DNA of 64,000 nt, taken from NCBI GenBank assembly GCA_947632355.1, contig CANROY010000001.1, positions 2,040-66,039 on the forward strand, in the 5' to 3' direction. Source of the DNA: an uncultured Bacilli bacterium. GTDB lineage: Bacteria; Bacillota_I; Bacilli_A; RF39; UBA660. Both the position numbers and the translations under genes were made by a program. The notes under the pieces are model-generated. The model was not told where the DNA came from and searched no databases. It saw only the letters and a list, made by a program, of their open reading frames with translations. Positions 59,465-64,000 of this stretch are shown here, one piece after another. Positions within the stretch are counted from its first letter, which is position 1, and the number at the start of each line of letters is the position of its first letter.

Positions 59465-59773
59465 TTATAATTTTATATCAATGTCTACGCCACTAGGTAT
59501 GTCTAAGTGTGTTAAGGCATCAATGATTTCTTTACTTGGTTCTAAGATATCAATAAGTCTTTTATGTGTACGACTTTCAAATTGTTCTCTTGAATCTTTG
59601 TATTTGTGAACTGCTCTTAATACTGTAACTTTTTCAACCTCAGTAGGAAGAGGAATTGGTCCACTTACTTTACCTCCAAGTCTTTTTACTGTTTCTACGA
59701 TCTTTAGAGCAGATAAATCTAAAATTTTATTATCATAAGCTCTTAAGTTGATACGTACTTTACTTTTTGACAT
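59465..59773 (-). CDS. rpsJ: 30S ribosomal protein S10
   Basis: Sequence; first gene of the S10 operon. Confidence 0.95.
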   Translation of the reverse strand: MSKSKVRINLRAYDNKILDLSALKIVETVKRLGGKVSGPIPLPTEVEKVTVLRAVHKYKDSREQFESRTHKRLIDILEPSKEIIDALTHLDIPSGVDIDIKL

Positions 59774-59906
59774 TTATGATGTCCTCCTTTCGCCTATATC
59801 TTGTATAGACTTGCTCCGTACAAATTCCCTGAATTTTAGATTTTGTTTTAACAACTCAACCTAGTGTATCAGCAACCTCGCACATCTAAGCCGTCATACA
59901 TTTTTC

Positions 59907-59935
59907 ATTATAGCAATATATTATATGAAAATCAA
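59907..59935 (-). promoter_or_regulatory. S10-operon promoter TTGATT-17-TATAAT (minus strand)
   Basis: Good -35/-10 hexamers with 17-bp spacing about 150 nt upstream of rpsJ. Confidence 0.6.
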
Positions 59936-59984
59936 GCCCAAATTTTCCAAAATTTTTACTTTTAAATTAGAATAAAAAAGAATA

Positions 59985-60341
59985 TCAATCTTGATACCCT
60001 TTGGTTTTATAATTTGCACATTTGATATACCCTTTATAATCATATACAGTACCTTTTTTGAGAACAGTAGCATATCCTTCACAAACTTCATCATTCACTT
60101 CTAAAGAATCTAAATACCCATTGTCAATTAAAGTAGATGCCTTTGTTTTTACTATTTCATTTTGTTCAGGATACAAAAATTTTTCATCCACATAGCGATC
60201 TTCCGCTACTACCAATTTACTTTCTAACTCTTTATAAACTTGTGTTTTCTTTTTATACAACAATCCAAAAATAGTTAAAAGTATAAATAAACCAACCACA
60301 AGCAGTCCCCAAATGACATACATTCTCTTCATTTTATTCAT
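59985..60341 (-). CDS. Small membrane-anchored Cys-containing protein (paralogue 3 of cassette); start ambiguous (60341/60347)
   Basis: N-terminal TM; C-terminal module VCEGYATVLKKGTVYDYKGYIKCANYKT shared with 60334..60783. Confidence 0.6.
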   Translation of the reverse strand: MNKMKRMYVIWGLLVVGLFILLTIFGLLYKKKTQVYKELESKLVVAEDRYVDEKFLYPEQNEIVKTKASTLIDNGYLDSLEVNDEVCEGYATVLKKGTVYDYKGYIKCANYKTKGYQD

Positions 60342-60783
60342 TTTCACCTATTCTCCAATTTTGAAATTCATTTGTTTTATAATTCGTACATTTTATATAG
60401 GCTTCTATTTCATAATCTTGATTTTCTTTTTTATAAACTAAAGCATAACCATCGCAAGAATCTTTATCACTTGTTATTAAATCACTATCTTCTAACAAAT
60501 GAGTATAAATTAAATTACTTGTTGGAATGGTTACAGTACCACTAATGCGATCATCATAATATTTTTGCATATAGGTAAGAGTTGCTTCACGTATTTTATT
60601 TTCAATAGAGGTATATGTAATATTTTCTTTTATACTTTCATTATTTGTTTGTGTAGAAGGTTTTATTGTATTTTCCCTTTTAAATTGAAAAGCATAAAAA
60701 ACAACAAAGAAAAGTGCGATTATTAAAATTGCACTAAAGATAATCATTTCACTTAAGCCCCAACCATTATTATTTAATTTCAT
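60334..60783 (-). CDS. Small membrane-anchored Cys-containing protein with prepilin-like N-terminus (MKLNNNG/WGLSE..., E at +5)
   Basis: RBS GGTGA; class-III-signal-like N-terminus; C-terminal SCDGYALVYKKENQDYEIEAYIKCTNYKT module with a Cys pair. Confidence 0.6.
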   Translation of the reverse strand: MKLNNNGWGLSEMIIFSAILIIALFFVVFYAFQFKRENTIKPSTQTNNESIKENITYTSIENKIREATLTYMQKYYDDRISGTVTIPTSNLIYTHLLEDSDLITSDKDSCDGYALVYKKENQDYEIEAYIKCTNYKTNEFQNWRIGENE

Positions 60784-60836
60784 TTAAATCACCACTAGTA
60801 CTTTATTATATACTATGATTTTAGAAGAAGCAAATA

Positions 60837-61100
60837 TTAATCACATTGTCTTTCTTGAATAAAGAATGGACCAAATTCCGTTGCTTTTAAGCATTCACGA
60901 TTATAAGTGATTGTTTTATAGCCAAAGCCATTACAAATAGTATTAGAGCCATCTGCATAATCTTTAACTTGTTCTGATAAACAATAAAGAGGTTTATCAC
61001 CATTTTTAACTCTAAAATAATCTACAAATACCATTATAATCCATAATAAAATTAATAATAAAACCACAACTTTTAAAATCGTTATTATAACTTTCTTCAT
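60837..61100 (-). CDS. Small membrane-anchored 4-Cys protein (paralogue 1 of cassette); start ATG 61100 (track's GTG 61109 lies in the RBS)
   Basis: RBS AGGTGA 6 nt before ATG; N-terminal TM; CLSEQ...ICNGFGYKTITYNRECLKA...QCD. Confidence 0.6.
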   Translation of the reverse strand: MKKVIITILKVVVLLLILLWIIMVFVDYFRVKNGDKPLYCLSEQVKDYADGSNTICNGFGYKTITYNRECLKATEFGPFFIQERQCD

Positions 61101-61117
61101 ATTCTTCACCTATTGTA

Positions 61118-61146
61118 ATTATATAAAATTAATCTTCTAAATTCAA
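61118..61146 (-). promoter_or_regulatory. Promoter TTGAAT-17-TATAAT for the small-protein cassette (minus strand)
   Basis: Consensus-like hexamers; TSS predicted ~10 nt before the start codon (very short leader). Confidence 0.55.
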
Positions 61147-61162
61147 TACAGAATTTTAAAGC

Positions 61163-61192
61163 CAAAAAAAAGAGTAGTTTTTCTACCCTCTT
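61163..61192 (-). terminator. Terminator downstream of rplL
   Basis: AGAGGGTAG..CTACTCT imperfect hairpin followed by T8 on the minus strand. Confidence 0.5.
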
Positions 61193-61194
61193 TG

Positions 61195-61566
61195 TTAAGC
61201 AAGTTCGATTTCTGCTCCAGCTTCTTCAAGTTGTGCTTTAATTTGATCTGCTTCATCAGCAGGAATGTTTTCTTTAACGTTTCCACCGTTATCAGCTAAA
61301 GCTTTAGCTTCAACAAGTCCAAGTCCAGTAATATCTTTTAATAATTTAATAACTTGGATTTTGTTTCCACCAGCACTCTTTAATACAACAGTTTTTGTAC
61401 TAGAACCAGCGTCTTCAACTGCTCCAGCAGCAGGTGCAGCAGCAACTGCTACAGCCGTAGGATCAATTCCTAATTCCTCTTTCATTCCATCAACTAGTTC
61501 TTTTACTTCAAGAATAGTCATTTCTTTTAAAGCACTTATAAATTCATCTTTTGTTAATTTTGCCAT
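61195..61566 (-). CDS. rplL: 50S ribosomal protein L7/L12
   Basis: Sequence and synteny. Confidence 0.95.
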   Translation of the reverse strand: MAKLTKDEFISALKEMTILEVKELVDGMKEELGIDPTAVAVAAAPAAGAVEDAGSSTKTVVLKSAGGNKIQVIKLLKDITGLGLVEAKALADNGGNVKENIPADEADQIKAQLEEAGAEIELA

Positions 61567-61581
61567 TTTTCTTTCCTCCTA

Positions 61582-62079
61582 TTAATTATTTTTTTCTAAT
61601 TGTTCAGCATATAGGTTTAAACCAATTGCTAAATCTCTAACATATTGCATCATACCACCAGCAAGCATCGTAAGTAATCCGTCTCTTGATGGGATATTTG
61701 CATATTCACGAATCGTATTAATATCAGCAACATCACCACTAATAATACCAACTCGTATATCAAGTAACTCATTTTCTTTTGCAAAATCTGAGATAACCTT
61801 GATTGGTTCTAGTAAGTCTTTACCAAATAGTATGGCATTTGGACCTTCTAGAAATCCTTCTAAATTAAGATTTAAATCATCTAATGCTCTTTTAAGCAAA
61901 GTATTTTTATACACTTTAACTTCTGCATTAGCATCTCTTAATTTATTTCTTAAACTACTTAAATCAGAAACTGTTAAACCTTGATATTGGAATAAAATAA
62001 CAGATTCACTATTTTTAATTTTATCCGTAATTTCAGCAACAATTTCTTTTTTTTCATTAAGAACTTTTTGACTTGCCAT
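61582..62079 (-). CDS. rplJ: 50S ribosomal protein L10
   Basis: Sequence and synteny. Confidence 0.95.
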   Translation of the reverse strand: MASQKVLNEKKEIVAEITDKIKNSESVILFQYQGLTVSDLSSLRNKLRDANAEVKVYKNTLLKRALDDLNLNLEGFLEGPNAILFGKDLLEPIKVISDFAKENELLDIRVGIISGDVADINTIREYANIPSRDGLLTMLAGGMMQYVRDLAIGLNLYAEQLEKNN

Positions 62080-62239
62080 ATTTCCTCCTTTTATATTTTT
62101 GAAATAGAAAAGCTCTTTTATGGGAAAAAGAGCTTATAAACATAAGTTACTTACTTTTCCCTCGGTAGGATTATTAAGATTACTCCCCTACTGTCTTTGG
62201 TAATCGGCTTTTCTATTACGTATTATATTAAATAATCCC
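62080..62239 (-). promoter_or_regulatory. rplJ 5' leader (expected L10(L12)4 autoregulatory leader region)
   Basis: 160-nt GC-enriched untranslated region between rplA and rplJ, as in other Firmicutes; structure not verified. Confidence 0.4.
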
Positions 62240-62938
62240 TTAAATGTCAAAAGAATTTTGATCTAATTTAATTCCAGGACCCATTGTAGAAGCAATCGTA
62301 ATAGAATTAATAAATTTTCCTTTAACACTTGCAGGTTTTAATTTAGAGATTGTATTAATAATATATTCTAAATTTTCTTTTAATTTTGCATCGTCAAAAG
62401 ATACTTTTCCAACAACGCTATGAATGTTTCCAAATGTATCTGTTTTATAACTAACCATACCTTTTTTAACATCTTCTACAGCACTCGCAACGTTTGTTGT
62501 TACTGTATTTGTTTTAGGGTTTGGCATTAAACCTTTTGGACCTAAAATCATACCAATTTTACCAAGTTCAGGCATCATATCAGGAGTCGCAATAATGACA
62601 TCAAAATCAAACCAATTTTCTTTTTGGATTTTTTCAATCATATCTTTTTCTCCAACATAATCAGCTCCAGCACTCTTAGCAGCTTCTGCTTGAGCACCTT
62701 TAGCAATAACTAATATTTTTTTAGATTTTCCTGTTCCATTTGGAAGTACAAAAGAACCTCTTAATTGTTGGTCAGCTTTTTTAGGATCAACATTTAGTTT
62801 AATAGCAATATCAACAGTACTATCAAATTTTGTTGTTGAAGTTTCTTTTACTAATTTTACTGCCTCTTCAATAGAATAAGCTTTATTCTTTTCTATTTTC
62901 TTAGAAGCTTCCACATATTTTTTTCCAAACTTCTTCAT
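62240..62938 (-). CDS. rplA: 50S ribosomal protein L1
   Basis: Sequence and synteny. Confidence 0.95.
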   Translation of the reverse strand: MKKFGKKYVEASKKIEKNKAYSIEEAVKLVKETSTTKFDSTVDIAIKLNVDPKKADQQLRGSFVLPNGTGKSKKILVIAKGAQAEAAKSAGADYVGEKDMIEKIQKENWFDFDVIIATPDMMPELGKIGMILGPKGLMPNPKTNTVTTNVASAVEDVKKGMVSYKTDTFGNIHSVVGKVSFDDAKLKENLEYIINTISKLKPASVKGKFINSITIASTMGPGIKLDQNSFDI

Positions 62939-62993
62939 AATTCTCCTCCTAACTGTGGTTTATTAGCGGACTTTTTTTATTTTAAATTGTCTA

Positions 62994-63599
62994 TTATTCT
63001 TCTGTTGCAGTTTCTTCTGCAGCTTCTTCAGTAGCAGTAGGAACTTCTACATTTCCACTAGCAAGTTCTTTTGCTTCTTCTTCCATTTCTGCTAGTTCTT
63101 CATCACGTTTCGCCATTTCTGCTTCATGTTCTTGTGCTTCTTTTGCTTGTTCAGCAAGTTCAGCATCATTTAAACCTTTAACAGCAATACCCATATTTCT
63201 AGCAGTACCAGCAATAATGTTCATAGCAGCATCTACATCATAAGCATTTAAATCAGGTAATTTAGTTTCAGCGATTGCTTTTAAATCATCCTTTGAAATT
63301 GTAGCAACAATTTCATTGGCACCTTTTTTACTACCTTTTTGTATCTTGGCTGCTTTTTTAAGTAAGAATCCTGCAGGTGGAGTTTTTATAACGAAATCAA
63401 AACTTCTATCTTCATAAACAGATATTTCAACCGGTAAAACATCTCCCATTTTGTCTCTTGTTTGTTCATTAAAACGAGTACAAAAATCTTGAATGTTGAT
63501 ACCAACTGGACCTAAACATGTTCCAACGGGTGGAGCAGGTGTAGCCTTTCCAGCTTCGATTTGTAATTTTACTCTCTTTACGATTTCTTTTGCCACGAA
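62994..63599 (-). CDS. rplK: 50S ribosomal protein L11 with ~55-aa acidic C-terminal extension; GTG start 63599
   Basis: RBS AGGAGGTG then GTG ([12 protein letters not shown]...); canonical L11 core then [58 protein letters not shown]. Confidence 0.9.
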   Translation of the reverse strand, partial: FVAKEIVKRVKLQIEAGKATPAPPVGTCLGPVGINIQDFCTRFNEQTRDKMGDVLPVEISVYEDRSFDFVIKTPPAGFLLKKAAKIQKGSKKGANEIVATISKDDLKAIAETKLPDLNAYDVDAAMNIIAGTARNMGIAVKGLNDAELAEQAKEAQEHEAEMAKRDEELAEMEEEAKELASGNVEVPTATEEAAEETATEE

Positions 63600-63703
63600 A
63601 AACACCTCCTATAAAAATATTTCTCGTTAGTGGTATAGGGCAAATCCGCTCTTCCCTCCCACAAACTATGCAATACAACATAATATATGCAATTGCACTT
63701 AAG

Positions 63704-63732
63704 ATAATAGCAAAATAGAAAGGAAAAGTCAA
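63704..63732 (-). promoter_or_regulatory. rplK-rplA promoter TTGACT-17-TATTAT (minus strand)
   Basis: Located ~100 nt upstream of the rplK start; leader contains a GGGAGGGAAGAGCGGAUUUGCCC segment (possible L1-binding mimic). Confidence 0.55.
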
Positions 63733-64000
63733 TCTATTTCTAGCGTTTCTCCTACTTTCTTATAACTGAGTTCTTTCGAATGAGTTTCAAGAAAATTTAT
63801 ATTTCTTAAATTTTTTTATTGTGGTGTTAAGACAATACGGAAACTGCTGTATAATTTTGCTTCACCCCCGCCACGACTGAAGGCGAAGACACCGGTGTGC
63901 GTTCCTTCATTGTAGTTGCCACCACGAATGAACCAAGGCCAGACAGAGATCACAAAAAGCCCCCAGTCATCAAAATAAGAACTAACATAATGACTATCTT

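Noticed and set aside
63840-63960. 5S rRNA or tRNA in the GC-rich window-end segment
   Set aside because: Partial resemblance to the 5S helix I (GGTGGC...CACACC) but loop C (CCGAACACGG) and the terminal helix are missing; no tRNA T-loop/anticodon arm geometry.

Overview
This is an AT-rich (~27% GC) Firmicutes-type chromosomal segment that uses TGA as a stop codon, so it is not from a code-4 Mollicute. The large ribosomal-protein block lacks rpmD/L30, which is compatible with an Erysipelotrichia/Mollicutes-related lineage, but the taxonomic guess is low confidence.

**Left 45 kb (mixed housekeeping and accessory genes)**
- Transport and hydrolases: FtsX-type ABC permease plus ATPase, an NT5C-type deoxyribonucleotidase, two NUDIX hydrolases, a MATE efflux pump, an MBL-fold hydrolase, an MFS transporter and an SDR oxidoreductase.
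- Regulators: two membrane-anchored XRE regulators (one frameshifted) and a Bro-N/DinD-like protein.
- Envelope and core metabolism: cardiolipin synthase, CapA-family protein, TspO, PAP2 phosphatase, asparagine synthase, LtaS-family sulfatase, Tex, CysS and a ClpC-like ATPase.
- Accessory content: a heterodimeric ABC exporter pair, a collagen-like (Gly-X-Y) surface protein, a DinJ-YafQ toxin-antitoxin pair plus an orphan DinJ, two Rpn-family nucleases, a DUF4143 AAA+ ATPase, and a TasA/camelysin-like secreted-protein family with SipW-cognate signal peptides.

**Right 18 kb (minus strand)**
- A contiguous rplKAJL / S10-spc-alpha ribosomal supercluster running rplK through rplQ.
- It contains no rpoBC and no L30.
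- A three-gene cassette of small cysteine-containing membrane proteins sits between rplL and rpsJ.

**Most unusual signals**
1. An array of at least ten ~30-bp palindromic elements (33.7-35.1 kb) in two families sharing the core GTCnCAAnTTGnGAC. One copy lies inside a nonsense-mutated ORF6N antirepressor-like gene, where it encodes that family's conserved NLRSQ(I/F)(A/V)TSS motif.
2. A promoterless, 5'-truncated, mosaic duplicate of the TasA-like gene, suggesting cassette-type variation.
3. A ~490-nt GC-enriched candidate structured RNA driven by a perfect consensus sigma-A promoter and ended by a UUCG-loop terminator (16.57-17.06 kb).
4. A GluRS paralogue in the canonical gltX-cysS position whose class-I motifs (HIGH, RGEDH, KMSKS) are all degenerate.
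5. Paralogous promoter/leader/terminator modules upstream of the MATE pump and a small membrane protein, which may be a riboswitch or attenuator.

No CRISPR array, rRNA, tRNA or transposase gene was recognised.
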